From assembly GCF_009914755.1 (NCBI RefSeq), contig NC_060944.1: a stretch of DNA of 64,000 nucleotides; one strand, 5' to 3'. A model generated the notes under the pieces. That model did no database searches, was not told the origin of the DNA, and saw only the letters and a program-made list of their open reading frames with translations. Below, piece by piece: positions 48,318-63,845 of this stretch (positions within the stretch are counted from its first letter, which is position 1; every line of letters starts with the position of its first letter). The position numbers and the translations under genes were made by a program. The stretch comes from the human T2T-CHM13v2.0 reference genome, Homo sapiens.

Positions 48318-49176
48318 CTCACATTCCTGCCCTCATTTCCATCCCCACTCTATTTCTCTCCAGAGCTCTTGTCACCTTCTGACATGCTTGAAAATTGATT
48401 TACTTACTTTTTTGTTGTTGTCTGTTTCTCTCCAGCAGACTGATTCTCCACACTAGGCTCTCTGAGGGCAGAGATTTGTACCTGTTTTGTTTACTGCTCT
48501 ATTCCTAGCACCTAAAACAGTGCCCAGCACGTAGTAGGTGCTCAATAAAGTACAGAATGTGGTTATCCACTCATCCACTCTTATTATCTAATATTTCATT
48601 CAAAACACATTGAGGTGAATAAATGAAGCTACCTGTTCTGGGCATGGGGTTAAGTGCTGGTGGAATCTAAATGAACCGCACAGCCTCCCCTTTGAAGTGG
48701 GGGGATCTGCAGTGAAGTGGTGCAATCGTGGAATTACGATTACTGATCAGAGTCAGGATGCCTGAGTTTACTTGGTGTGTGACCCTGGGAGAGATTTCTA
48801 TACCTCTAAGCCTCTGTTTCTCAATCTGTCAAGTGGGGATGGTCAAAGGGGTTGCAAGGAGGCAAGGAGACCCTGCATTCAAATGTGCTTTAGCACAGCG
48901 CAGGCGACCAGGGGAGCTCCATGGACGATGGCCACGGAACTGCGATCACTACTACAACACAGCCCAGGATGAAAGCAAGTAAGCAAGTGCTCTAATGGAG
49001 AAAGAAACCACGTGCCGAGGGTCCGCAGGAAAGGAGCAAGTGATCCTGTTGTGGAAGGTCAAGGACACAGTCTCAGAAGCAGCAGCACAGGAGCTGGGCA
49101 TCCTGGAGCTCCAGCGTTCTTGGTGGAGGAAATGGCAGAAGCAAAGGCACAAGGTGTGGGAGGAGCTGCAGGATCC

Positions 49177-49177
<1 letters not shown>

Positions 49178-49213
<36 letters not shown>
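49178..49213. repeat. (TG)18 microsatellite
   Basis: Perfect dinucleotide run. Confidence 0.97.
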
Positions 49214-49216
<3 letters not shown>

Positions 49217-51569
49217 CTAGGGTAGGAGATGAGGAAGGAGAAGAGATGGGGGGGAGGGGGGTGAGATCAGGGGATACTTAAATGCTGGAGGGAGGAATTT
49301 GAACCCTGTCCCAGAGGTGTGGGAGCCACTGAAGGATTTCGAGCAGGGGTGGGGCATGGCCCACTGGGATTTAACATGTCTGTCTGAGGTGGCTTGGATG
49401 TGGGGACAGGAAGCGGAAAGGGTAGCCAAAAGGGGGCTGATATTTCAGGTGGGAGATGCTGAAGCTTGTACAGAATGTCAAGGGGGGAACTGGGTGCTGA
49501 CCATGGCACTCAGACCCACACTCCCTGCTGATGGGCAGAGGCCGCCTGTCTTGCCCACCCCTGGTCTCCAAGAGGGTTCCAGGGAAGAGCAGGGGGACGA
49601 AAACTCAGGGCCTATGTCCCTGGTTCCTCCTGAAATATCTCTGACCCTCAGATCCCCCAGCCATTCACCTATCCTGATGGGTGAAAATCCCAGCTCCTCT
49701 ACCACCCAATGGTGTGACCTTGGGCAAGTCACTTCACCTTTCTGGGCAGGCTCCTTTATGTAAAACATGGAAAAGGCTGAGATGAGAATAACCCCTGAGT
49801 CCCTACTCTGTATCAAGCCCTGCCACTCATAGGGGGAAAAATTCTAAGTGAAACCTCCAGAAGGAGCCTGGTACCCAGAGGGGGTTCAGTCAACATCCTC
49901 CCGCCTTTTTATCTTAGCACTTCAAGGGGACCTGCTCTGATTTCAGTGATGCTCTGGAATACCTGGCCAACGAGATCAACATCTTATAAACAGGACTTTA
50001 TAGTTTATGCAGCACCTTCAACCCTATTATCTTACTGGAAGCTCTGTCTTAGAGGAATGTTAGGTTCCATTGTATGGATGAGGAAACTGAAGTTTAGAGA
50101 AGTTAAGCAACTCTCCTAAGATCACGTAGGGTTTGAACCCAAGACTATTGCGTCCAAGCCCAAAGGGTTTCCCCTCCAGCCTTGCCACCTCCCCAGTCGT
50201 GTGAGTTTCCTGAAGGCAGGACCCTCTTCCGTGATTGGCTTCTCCAAAGTACCTCCCCTAAGTGTGTGTGGGGACAGGCAGACAGTGCCCCTAGGATCCA
50301 CCTGGGATTGTCGATACCTGCTACGTACCACATTTCTCATATTCCTTCTCTCTGACCTTTATGTTGGACCCCGTGAGCTGCAACTCATTACCTCCATTTC
50401 ACAGATGCAGAAAACAAGGCCCAAAGTTCTGCCAGCTCCAGGGGGCAGGGCTCATATTAAAGCCCAAGCTGCCTGAATCCCCTGGCCAAGCTCTTCCTCC
50501 GTGGGAGGTTGTTGGCCGAGCTCACCAGGATGCCACAGTCAGTGAGGGAGGAATCGCAGGGCAGAGACAGGCTGTGCACACAGCCCTGTGCTTGGGTAAC
50601 TGATGGTCAGCATCTCCAAAACTTTCCTGTGGCGCACCTTTCAACCCCTGAGCTGACCCCCTCTTTCTGCACGTTGCTGGCACAAGTTTGGATGAGGCTG
50701 GGAGCCTGCCTGAGAGGGCTTGAGAACACCTGAACCACCCGTCAGCCTCAGCAGATCTCATGGGAGCTGAGGGTTGGACCTTACCCTCCACTAAGAGATC
50801 TTCTGGTGTTGCCTCCTGGTTTTGCAGAAGGGGAAACAGTAGCTGGAGCAACTTTACTGGGCACCAGGCATTTTCACACTCATTACTGTTTGAGTTCTCA
50901 TTATTTTGCAATAATGCACAATTTATGAGTGAGGAAATGGAGGCTCAGAGAAGGAAAATGTCTTGACCTGGACTCCAAAACTAATGAATTGTGAGACGAA
51001 GACACAGGTAGGCCCAAGCTAGCTGGCTGTTTCCATCACATGAGGACACAATGGGAAATCAGCAGTCTGTAACCCAGAAGAGGGCTCTCACCAGAACCCG
51101 GCCACGCTGACACACTATTCTCAGACGTCCAGCCTCCAGAACTACGAGAAATTAATGTGGCTGAAGCTACCTAGTCTATGGTACTTTATTATAGCAGCCC
51201 AGACTGACTACAGCAGTCAGTCAATAACCTGGTTGTGATACTGTACTATAGTTTTGCAAGACGTTACCAGTCAGAGAACCTGGGTAAAGGGTGCATGGGA
51301 TCTCAAATCCCAGTGCTGCTCCTTTCTCACTCTATGACCTTGTGCAAGTCACTTCACCCCTTTGACTCTCAGTCTCCTTATTTGTAGGAAATAATATTTG
51401 TAGGAGGTAAAATACTAGCCATTTAGAAGTGAAAGGCAATGAGAGTATGTCATTTCCAAACTGATGGCATGCAGGCATAGTAGTATTCAGAGGGAAATTT
51501 ATAGCCTTTGATGCACTTATGAGAAAGCAGGAGTGATTAAATATAAATTAATTAAAATTTCAGTTCAAG

Positions 51570-51617
51570 ATACTAGAAATATAACAAAGTAAATACTAGA
51601 AATATAACAAAGTAAAT
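51570..51617. repeat. Perfect 23-bp tandem duplication in an L1 fragment
   Basis: atactagaaatataacaaagtaa x2. Confidence 0.92.
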
Positions 51618-53451
51618 TAAAAGAAAACGGAGAGAAGGAATTTTAAAAGACAAAAGCAGAAATTGATGAATCAGAAAACAAAATGGAGATAATCCCTACA
51701 ACACAGTTGTAGCAAGAATTAAATAAGATCATTCATTCATTTGCTTGCATACTATATTCCAGGCATTGTGCTAAGTACAAGGGGTATAACAGTGAGCAAA
51801 ACACACAGCCCTGCCCTCATGGAGTTTTCAGTCTAACGACAGAGGCAGATACATGAGTAAATACAGTACAATGTTCAGTGAAATCAAGGCAGAAGCAGAG
51901 GGCATTGTGGGGTCTAGCAGAGGTGCCCTGACCCATCCTGGGGAGAGGGACTGTTCCCCAGAAGGAGGTGTGTAAGGTAAACATGAGGATGAACAAGGTT
52001 ATTGTTATTGAGAGTGTTCTTGACCAAGAAAATAGTACATGCCAGTGTTTGATGCAAGGGAAGTTGTGTCGAAGTGGAGGAAATGGAAGCATTCCTGATT
52101 TTAGTGAGTACTTCCAACAACCTTGTGAGGTGAGGATGATGATCACCTCCATTTTATAGCTGAGGACACTGAGGCTCAGAGAGGTTCATTAACTGGTCTC
52201 AGATCTTTCAGCAAATAAGTGATGAAGTTGGGATTGAACCAGATGGCTTAGCCTGGGTTTCCTAAAACACAAAGTCTGGAGCAAAGTGTACATATTTTAT
52301 GGCAGGTGCAATTCTTAGGCAGCAAGAATAAGGGGGACAGGGTGGCAGATAGAGAAGAATAGGAAGCAAACACAAAGAGCTATGTTTCTGAGCTGGCCGT
52401 AGAAACATACCTTTTTGAGCCAATGCAACTGGGTGCTGGGTCACTTGGAGTGGCAGATACGCAAGCCATGTGGAACCTCCCATTTTTGGAATAGTCCATT
52501 TGTCTGCGGCTCCTTCCTGGTTCATGGTTGTCAATGTTCCTGATTTGCTGCAAGGAGTGCTGTTACTCAGCCCCTCCAGGAAGCCACTAGGGAAGCCTGA
52601 TCCCCTGCCCTAAGCATGGTGCTTTATCTGAATGTGAAAGTGGTGGAAAGAGCCTCCCTCAGATCGAGTTGGACCCAGGGGGTCAGCTGCTGCAGCTTGA
52701 CAGGCTTGATGGGGTGTCTGCAGAAGGCTAGTCCTCACCCGGGGGAAACTGAGGCAGCTGGACTAGAAGAAGAGCCAAAGACAGCAGCCGGGCTCTTCAT
52801 TGAGCAAGAGGGGACAGGTGGATCGAGTCAATCTGGGACGATACACGAGACCAGGCCTGTCTGATTACAGAACTTACACGCAAGAGGCCAAGCTAAGGCT
52901 GGGAAGGTGGGCAGGGGCCAAAGTCCAGAGGGCTTATTGACAGATGGAAATATGGGGCTCTGTCTGCAGGGTAATGAGGAGCCATGGGAGGATTCTCAGC
53001 ACCTGGCAGGGTGGCTGGCACCAACGGCAACCCAAGAGAAGCTAGATCCCACTGGCGGGCGTGGGCCCAGTGGCCTCATATTGGCAGGGTGTAGGGGGCT
53101 GCCCGTCACCCCCCTGCCCTGCCACTTCTCCGAAGCTCAGGTCCAGAGGCTGGCAGTGAGGTGCTGCCCATGACAACTGCAGCGCTCATCCTTCAGCATG
53201 ACATTGGCACATCACTGGGGGAGTGGAGGGTGACGGAGCACCATTCCGGGTGGTAATGGCTCCAGCGCCAGGAGGAAAATGACATAAATAATATCCCATT
53301 AGAGGCGCCGAGCGGCTCCGCTGAGTGCCTTGTGTTGCTGGCAACATTATGGGCTTCATAAACAGACTCATTCATTTTCCACTCGTTGCTCTGGTGGATG
53401 GGGGATGGGTGGGCTGCCAGGGAAGGTGACTGGGGGCTGCAGAGGCAGTGA

Positions 53452-54315
<864 letters not shown>

Positions 54316-55290
54316 CATTCTCCATGGCCTCGAGGCTCCCTTAGCTCTGGTGAGACAGCCTGGCACACTGGAGGGCATCCTGGAGACAGACAACTCTGGA
54401 TTCAAATTCTGAGCTGGCATTTATAAGTCTGGTGACCTTGGGTTAGTCCTCGAATCTCTCTGAGCCTCAGCTTCCTCTTGTGAAAGGTTATCTTGTGAGG
54501 GTATCTTACAGGCTTGTCATGAAAAGTGTCTTTTAGGCTTGTCTGGAACACAGTTGATTTTCATAAATAATTGTTCTGCTTGTCCCCTTTACTATGTAGA
54601 CATTTGAGTTCTCTCCACAAAGGGACCATTGATTTTCTTGTGTCTGTCCCTCCTGGAGTCTAGTCCTGGGCTCCGTGCATGGCAGGTGTTGAAGGCAGGT
54701 TTGAGGGTGCAGTGAGAGGAGCTCTGGGTAAAGAATGTAGGGCCCCGGGTCTTGTCCCAGCTTGAACATTGATGAGCTGTGTGACCTTGGGCCAGTCCCT
54801 TCCCCTCTCTGGGCCTCTTTCTCTGCAAGGGTAAGACAGAAGTTTACATAAAAGGACACCTGTGGCCCTTCTCAGCTACCACTTAGAGGACCTCAGGCTA
54901 GTACCCCATCCCTCCACCTGTCAGGAGGTGGGCTCTGGCTTTCAAGTCAGAGAGAAACAGGCTAGGATCCTGCTCTGCTGTGTGGCCTTGAGCAAGAACA
55001 GAACATCTCTGAATCTCACTCAGTTTCCTTGTCTGAAAAATGGAGGTAATACAGCCAGCATTACAGGGTGGTTGTAGTAACTTAGTGAAATTATTGAATC
55101 AGTGGTATTCGCTGAACACTTATTATGTGCCAGGCACTATTCACTGTTGGGGATACAATGGTGAACAAGATAAGGATTATTCTCCCCCTTCCCAGAGCTT
55201 ATATTTAAGTGAGAGAGAGAGAGACAAAAATCAGCCATCACATAAATAACTACATAATTACCAACCGTGCTATATGTTATAAAGAAAAAG

Positions 55291-55615
55291 TAGGCTAGGC
55301 ATGATGGCTCACACCTGTAATTCCAGCACTTTGGGAGGCGAAGGTGGGAGGATCACTTGAGCCCAGGAGTGCGAGCCCAGGAGTGCTAGACCATCGTGGG
55401 CAACATGGGGAGATCCCGTCTTTACAAAAACTAAAAAATTAGCTGGCCATGGTGGTTTACACCTGAAGTCCCAGTTACTCAGGAGGCTGAGGTGGGAGGA
55501 TCGCTTAAGTTGGGGAATGGTGGCTGCCGCGAGTTGCAATCATGACACTGCACTCCAGCCTGGGAAACAGAGTAGGACACTGTATCTAAATAAAGTAAAA
55601 TAAAATAAAATAAAA
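55291..55615 (+). mobile_element. AluJ with internal 14-bp duplication (gagcccaggagtgc x2)
   Basis: Dimer, (TAAAA)n tail. Confidence 0.9.
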
Positions 55616-55690
55616 TGGAAGTACAGGGTCCTGACCTAGTGCTCCTAGTTATGGAGGGCTTCCTGGGAAGGTGGCACATGAACTGAGATC

Positions 55691-56220
55691 TTGTTCTGAT
55701 TATTTATTGCTGTATAACAAATGAACCTAGTAGCTTAAAACTACAATTTTTGTTGATGCTTGTGGTTTCTGTGGATCAGGGATTCAGAAGGGCTCTGCTG
55801 TGCAGCTCTGACTCAGGGTCTCTCATGAGGTTTCAGTTAGATGATGGCTGGAGCTGGAGCAGCTGGAAGATGCTGGACATCTCTTTCCTTCTCTGTAGGT
55901 GATCTCAGGGATTCTCCATGTGGTCTTTCTGCAGAGGCCGGCTTGGGCTTCCTCATAGCATGGCATCCTCAGGACAGTCATGCTGCTTAAATGTAGCTTA
56001 GGGCTCCAGAGCCAATGTCCTTGACCTCCTTCCAGAAGTGTCCCAGTGTCACTTACATGGCATCCTATTGGCCACAAACAAGTCATAGCCTGCCCCAAAT
56101 CAAGGGAAGGGAACACGGGCCCCACTTCTTCCCAGGACAAGTCTCAAGGTCATATTTTATAAAGAACACGTAAGATAAAAGATGCTGTTGTGCCTATCTT
56201 TGCAAAATATGCCCTGCCAT
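55691..56220 (-). mobile_element. MLT1 (G/H-like) LTR
   Basis: tattgctgtataacaaa...tagcttaaaactacaa...cctattggccacaaacaagtca. Confidence 0.7.
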
Positions 56221-58387
56221 AGATCTGAAGGGTGAGTAGGCGTTAAATAAGCAGAGAAGAGAGTTCCAGGCAAAGGGACAGCTGGCACAAAGGCCCTGGG
56301 GTGGAAAGAATGTGTGGTTTTGTACTGAGGAAGCACTCAGGGACACAGTAGTGAGTAAGACAACAACCCATAACGTTTGGAGCTTCCATTCTAGTGGGAG
56401 AGACAGACAATAAACACACAAAGAAACAAACAACACAATTTCAGGTTGCAATCAGTCCCAGAAAGGGAATACACTGGGTGCCGTGACAGAGTGAGATTGG
56501 GAACTGGAGTAGTACTTCAGGCTGGCAAGACCTTTCTGAGGGGGTGGCAATTGAGCTGAGAGCTGCAGATGAGAGGGAGCTGGCCAGCCACGCAAAGGGC
56601 TGGGGAAGAGTGTTCGCATCCGAGGGAACAGCATGTGCAAAGGCTAAGAGGTGGAAAAGGGATGGGTGGCATGGTTGAAACTTGGTACGCAAGGGGGCTG
56701 GCAGGTGTGACATAAGGATGGACAGGGCGGGAGAGGCCAGGTTTTGCAGGGCTCTGGCAAGGAGTTTGGACTTATTTCTAAGTGTGACAGGGAGCTATTA
56801 GAGGGTTTTAAGCAGGAGAGTGATGTGATCTCATTTTGTAATAGAGATCCTCTGGCTGCCGTGGCACTGACTTCTGGGCGTGATGCCAGACTTCCGTTCC
56901 TGGCAGTACCATGAATGTGCTGTGTGACCAGAGGCTAGTCACTTAACCTCTCTGAACTGTAAAATGTGAAGAATGGAATATAGTGGGCAGGAAGGAGGGA
57001 ACCCAGGGAGAAGGCTGTAGCATCATCCAGGCAGAGATGATGGTGGCCTGGACCAAGGTGGTTTCGGTAGAGTTGTTGGTAAGAAATGGGTAGGATCACG
57101 ACAGACTGGGAGGTAGAATGGACAGAACCTGGTGATTGGATGTGGAGCATGAGAAGGAGGAAAGTACAACCCCCAGGTTTCTGGCAAAGCTTAATCTTAT
57201 TTTACAGCTCAGAGAGGTTAAGTGACTAGTCTGTGGTCACACAGCACATCCATGGTACCCAGAATTTAGTGCCACCCTCTGGTACTGATACTGAGCCCTT
57301 GGCCCTTTTCTCTGTGTCTCCCCTGCCCTACTGCCCCCCATCACCTCCCCTTCTTCCTCCCAGGATGCTGGTGGCTCTGGTTGACGCAGTCCCAGCAGGT
57401 GTGCCTCGCCAAGCTGTCGGCATGATGAACAGCTTCCCTTGGCTGAGCAGATAACAGTACACACACAGGTCAGGGGGGCCCATGTAGCCCATCCATCAGG
57501 CCTGGGAGTGAGTGGAGGGCCGGCACACCCTCATGCCTGTTATCTGCCACAAATGTGTTTTTCTCCCCAAGGTTAACAGGAAGAGTGACGGCCAGTTGCC
57601 TGACATCAGCAGGGCTGGTGTTCGTAGGAGCCAGCCAGACTCTCTCTCCTTTTCTCTCCCTCAGCGTCTGAAGAGTCCTGGGTGTGGAGACGCTTAGAGC
57701 CTCAGAATTGCAGACTCTTCAAGTCTTGAGCACTGAATCTTCGAAACTTAGATGCGTACAATCCTCCATTCCTTGAGGCAGGATTGTGTGGTGGTTAAAA
57801 GCGGGGACTCTGGATCCCGCCTAACCTGATTGGGTTGAGATCCCAGTTCTGCCACTTACTAGCTGTGTTATCTAAGGCAAACACCTCAGCATCTCTGTGC
57901 CTCATTATGAGGGTGGTAATAGTGTAATAGTGTCTAGACCACGGGTGGCCGTGGGGATTATAGGAACTAATCTTTGTATCTAAAGTGCTTAGAACAATGC
58001 CCGGCACAGAGCATGTTGCTCATATTGGTAGATATAGAGTTCTTAAAGACACAGAATCTTCAAGTCTAAGTTTTAGAGACACAGAACTTTAAAACCTTTG
58101 AATCTTCTTAGGGCCACAGATTTTCAGAATCTTACTATTTTAGGTGATTATGGTCACACCTGCAGTGGCAGCTGCAGGGGTTTTAGGCTTCCATAATCTC
58201 TGTCACTTCTTTCTCATTTCATTCACATGGGCAATAGCTAGTTTCTCAATCTTATGTAAAGTGTTCTGCAAATATGGTGGCAAGCCCACCTTCTAGGCAG
58301 ATTGTGGGCCCCACATAGAAATTCTAGAGTGTCTACTGCACAACACCTCACAGTCTCTATAAATACGTTTATCTAACTATCTACCCA

Positions 58388-58790
58388 GTCCATCCATCCA
58401 TCCATCCATCCATCCATCCATCCATCCATGCATCCCTTCATTTATCCATCCATGCATCCTTTCATCTATCCATCTTCCCATCCATCCATCTATCCACTCA
58501 TTCTATCCATCACCTTCTCACATCTATCAATCAATCTATTGTCTAGCCATCTATATGCATTTCCCATCCTTCCATCCATCCATACATCCATACATACATT
58601 CTTCTATCTATCCATCTTTTCATCCACCCATTGATCCATACTTTCATCATCCATCTGTCCATCCATCCATCCATATTTGCTCATCCCTCCTCCCCCATCC
58701 ACCTATCCCATTTCTCTCTCTCTCCTTCCTTCTTTCTTCCTTTTTAAAATTTTCTCATCCTTCCATCTATCTGTCTATCTATTCACCCAA
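58388..58790. repeat. (TCCA)n microsatellite with long degenerate extension
   Basis: About 10 perfect CATC units at 58390-58428, then ~350 nt degenerate. Confidence 0.93.
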
Positions 58791-59913
58791 CACTTATTCA
58801 CTTATTGAGTGTCTATAGCATACAAGGTACTGGATTGGGCTATAGAAGGAGGTCTATGCATTGGCGTCAGTTTCTATCTTCCCTGAGCTTCCAGTCCAGC
58901 AGGCCATAGAAGACCCAAACACAAACCTGATAATGCAAGCTTGGCTCTATACAGCAGAGATAAAAAGCCATGCTGAGTGACAGAAAGGGAATTCTCCTTT
59001 CTGCTGGGGCCCCTGGGGCAGCTTCATAGCAGAGGTGGTATTTCATCAGGATCTCGAAAGACCCTGTCTTGATGACATTACAAGTGGCTTCATCTTTCAG
59101 GGGACTGGGAAGAGAAGCCTGGGGAGCCTTAAACACCATCTGGTTCACCTGGATGACCACTGCTAGGAGGTTTGCTTCCATTTTTTTTTCAAATTTAATA
59201 TTTTTCATTTTGGTTTAGTGAAGGGGACCAAATGAAAGGAGGTTCCCTTTAAATACCATGTGAAGAAGTGCTGCAATCTCTTCTTGCACACCTCCAGGGC
59301 TGAAAAGCTCACTACCAGACAAGGAGAAAGGCCTCTAGAACTCTACTGTGCTCCAGGAACTGAAAGGCACAAAGGGCTCTGTTTGATCTTCCTGACCCCC
59401 AGGAACTGTCTATTACTGTTATCTGGGGGGTTGGGGGTAGGAATAGTGCTCTGGACCCAGTGTGTTTGGCTCACATCCCAGCTTCCCATTCATGAACTGT
59501 ATGACCTGGAACAGGTTACTTCACCTCCCAAGGACTCAGTTTACTCATCCATAGTACGGTGATGGCAATTAGAATACCTCTCATGGGATTGTTACAAGGA
59601 TCAAATGAGCTAACACATTCATGATGCTGAGTGAATGTTTGTGAAATTATTGCTATTACTGTTTTAGGTGGTTGTATTAGTCAGTGTTGCATCAGGCAGC
59701 TCAGTGGAGAGCATGAATCTAGCAAAATCGTGACAGTGGTTTGGAAGAGTTGAAAGTGCAGTGGCTGGAGATTATCAATAGCAGAAAAGATGCTACAGAC
59801 CATATTCACCATTTGACGAAGGCATCCTCTTTGGACTAGTGGGTGCTGCACAAGTAAATGGGATGCTGTGAGAGAAAGAACCCCAAGACTGGAGGAACAA
59901 AGACAGGAGTGAT

Positions 59914-60196
59914 TTTTTTTCAAGACAGGTCTCCTTATGTCACCCAGGCTGGAGTGCAGTGGCGTGATCACAGTTCACTGCTGCCTCCACCTCCAGGTTC
60001 AAGCGATCCTCTCACCTCAGCCTCCTGAACAGCTGGGACTACAGGCATGCACCACCACGCCCGGCTAGTTTTTTGTATTTTTTGTAGAGATGGGGTTTCT
60101 CCATATGCCCAGGCTGGTCTCAAACTCCTGGGCTCAAGCAATCCTCCTACCTCGGCCTCCCAAAGTGCTCACAGGCGTGAGCCTCCGTACCTGGCC
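59914..60196 (-). mobile_element. AluJ
   Basis: Antisense dimer. Confidence 0.92.
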
Positions 60197-62554
60197 AAAA
60201 GAGGAAGCAACGTTACAAGAAAGAGCCCAGGAGTTGGGGCTACCTAGAAGGAGTTGGAACCACAGAGGGAGAGGCTGCCTTTCCAAAGACTAGAAACCAG
60301 GGAGGAGATGCAGCTAGTGGAGACCTTGCCCTGAGTAGAGGGAGCAGAAAAATACCCTGCTTCTCCCTCCCTCCTGCCCTGCAGTCTGTATGCACTGTCA
60401 TCTAGGGAGACAAATCAGAGACAAGGAGGCCTGCTCACCCAGCTTGCAGAGCCCAGAGGATCATTTCCTAGGGTATGTTCCTCATGATCCTATTCTGCAA
60501 GATACTTCTTCAGAAAAAGGTTTTTAGGCAAATCAGGCTTGGAAATGCTGTAGGCAAGAACTCTGTCCCGCAGATCTGCCAGGCATGTTACTACAGTGAA
60601 GACGAGCAGCAACAGAGTTAAAAAGCCCAGGCTCTGTAGTCAGACTCAGTTCCCTCCTCTATCAAATGGGAATAGTAACAATATGTACTTTACAGGGCCA
60701 TTTATTCATTTGTTAATTTATTCATTAATTGAGTAGATACAGTGTGTCAGTCTCCAGGGATATGCTGGTGAACAAGACAGACATGGTGTCAGTCCTCAAG
60801 AAGCTTACATTCTAGAGGAATATAAGCTAATGAGGTAATGAATGTAAAGTGCTTAGCACACTGCCTGGAATATAGTAAATGCCCAATAAATGCCACCCTT
60901 AAAGGCTCTGAGAAGTCCTGCAATGGATACATCTTAAATCCAGGGCTTTCCAAACATATCTGGCCATGAAATCTGCCTCTTTTCCCCCCAATAGTACCCT
61001 ATTCCTATGCTGCAGCACTCACTGGTCCAAAGAACATATTTTAGAAATGCTAGGTGGGCAGATACGGTCTATACACATATTTATACACAGAGACACACAA
61101 AGATACAAATATCAACTACTTCTGGTAGCTAATGAAATATTAATAGGGCTTTGAAGAAATGGGAATAGCTCATCTCTTGTTTCATTTTAAAGTGACCACA
61201 TTTTGTATAAATCTTGTCTTGGAGGGTAGTAAGTGGAATTCACTTTGATGAGTTTGTTCTGAAAAATACGGAGTCATTAATTAATTGATCCACTCAACAA
61301 GCATTTACAGCAGCTTCTGTCATTCTGTGCTGCCTGCGTGGCACTGGGGACACAGTGATTCTAAGGCAATGTGTAGGATCAAGATACGCCCTGTATATTG
61401 TGGCAGCCCCAAAAGAGGTCGCCTATGACCATCTGGGAGGGCTTCCAGGAAGAGGCGCTATCTGAGTTGAGTCTAAAAAGGTGAATGGAAGTTTAGCTAG
61501 GAAAGGGAGCCCTGTAGAAATGGGTATTCACTGTTCTTGGCCCTGACTCCTTAGGGTCAGAGTCAATTTTAGGTCCAAGAAGGGAGAAGATGGTCTGGCC
61601 CCCAGTGGTTTCTTCTCTACTTGTGCTGGGGGCTTGGGGGGTCATGAAAGGAGCACTGGGCTGGGAGTCAGGCAGCCCGGGGAGCAAGTCCAGTGTCTGT
61701 CACCCACTACCATGCGACCTTGAGTAACTCACTCCCTCTCTCTGAGCCTCAGCTTTCTCATCAGTGAACTGGGGCTAGCAGAGCTTACCTCACTGGGCTG
61801 ATGTGAAGAGCAGGGGAGGTGATGGATGAGGAAGTGCTTTGTAAGCTGCTGAGTGCTGTAGACTGCAAAGCTCTATGTATATGCAACACGTTGGCTGCAT
61901 GTCTTGGCTCAAGACCCAGTTCGCAGTAGGGGCAGAAAGAATTGTTGAACCAAATTCTTCTGCCACCTTTTGGGTTCTGTTCCTCTGGCTTTTGAAATCG
62001 TTTTGGTCCTCCTAGGTCCCTTATTAATATACCAACACTCTGAAAGGTGTTAATCCTTATTAGCTAATATCTTAGTGCTGGCACTTTCATTAGCAGTTAA
62101 CACCTGTAGTTAGCAGCTAACTCCTTAACGGGAATCATCTGGCATTCATCTGCGAGAAGAACTTTCAGGAATGGGGCCAGGAGGGGCTCTTGGTGGTCTT
62201 GGAGCACAAGGGGGCTATGAGAGAAGAAAAGACTGTCCAGGAGAGACATCTCTGACAGAGCTATTTTGCCAAAGGAAAATTCCATTACCTGTCCACTAGA
62301 CTGAGACCCCTAGAGAATGGTACCCTGAATCATCTCTGCTGCCTTGTCTAGCAGAGAGGCTTTGGGCAAACTACTTAACCATTATAAGCCTCAGGTTCCT
62401 CCTCTATTAAATGGGGATACTCAACTATACATTTTTGGGTCACCATGGCTAATGCTATGTTTCTCAAATTTGCTGTATATTTGCAGGTGGTACATAAAAT
62501 TTTTATTTTAAGAGTGAAACTTTTTTATCCATCAACTTAAATAAACTTATGCTG

Positions 62555-62935
62555 GGTATCAAATGACCTTCCCTTAAATCTCAATGACTTTCAACAATAA
62601 GGATTTATTTTTTGCACATGCTACTTGGCCATCAGATAGCTTTGGGTCTGCCTTGATTCTGCTCCACGTTGTCATTCTGGGAACCAATTTGAAGGGGTGG
62701 CCCTGCCTAGAGCGTGCTAGTAACACGGCAGCAGAAGGAACAACAGCAGAACCCCACAATGGCTCTTAAAGCTCCCATTCAGAAGTGGCATCCAACAGTT
62801 GTGCTCAATTTCATTGGCCAAAGCAAGTCATATGGCCAGATCTGATGGTGACGAGGTGGGAAGCATACACCTTTGCAGGGAGGCACCTGGTAAGGAGGGG
62901 CCGTGAGTATTGTTGAATAATTATACAATCTAGTG
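62555..62935 (-). mobile_element. MLT1 (J/K-like) LTR
   Basis: atttcattggccaaagcaagtcatatggcca. Confidence 0.6.
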
Positions 62936-62967
62936 CAGTATTGATTTTCATGCATATTAGAAAAATA

Positions 62968-63536
<569 letters not shown>

Positions 63537-63630
63537 CTATACATATATATAGTACAAATATAGAGAGAGAGCAAGAGAGAGAGAATGATAAAACAAACAT
63601 GGCAGAATGCATACAATTGGCAGGCCTGGG

Positions 63631-63845
63631 TCTCGGCTCCCTGCAACCTCCACCTCCTGGGTTCAAGCAATTCTCCTGCCTCAGCCTCCTGAGTAGCTGG
63701 GATTACAGGCATGTGCCAACACCCCTGGCTGATTTTTGTATTTTTAGTAGAGACGGGGTTTTGCCATGTTGGCCAGGTTGGTCTGGAACTCTTGACCTCA
63801 GCAATCTGCCCGCCTTGGCCTCCCAAAGTGCTAGGGTTACAGACG
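63631..63845 (-). mobile_element. AluS truncated at both ends
   Basis: Antisense partial dimer. Confidence 0.9.

Noticed and set aside
58428-58818. His/Pro/Ser-rich ORFs
   Set aside because: Translation of degenerate (TCCA)n repeat
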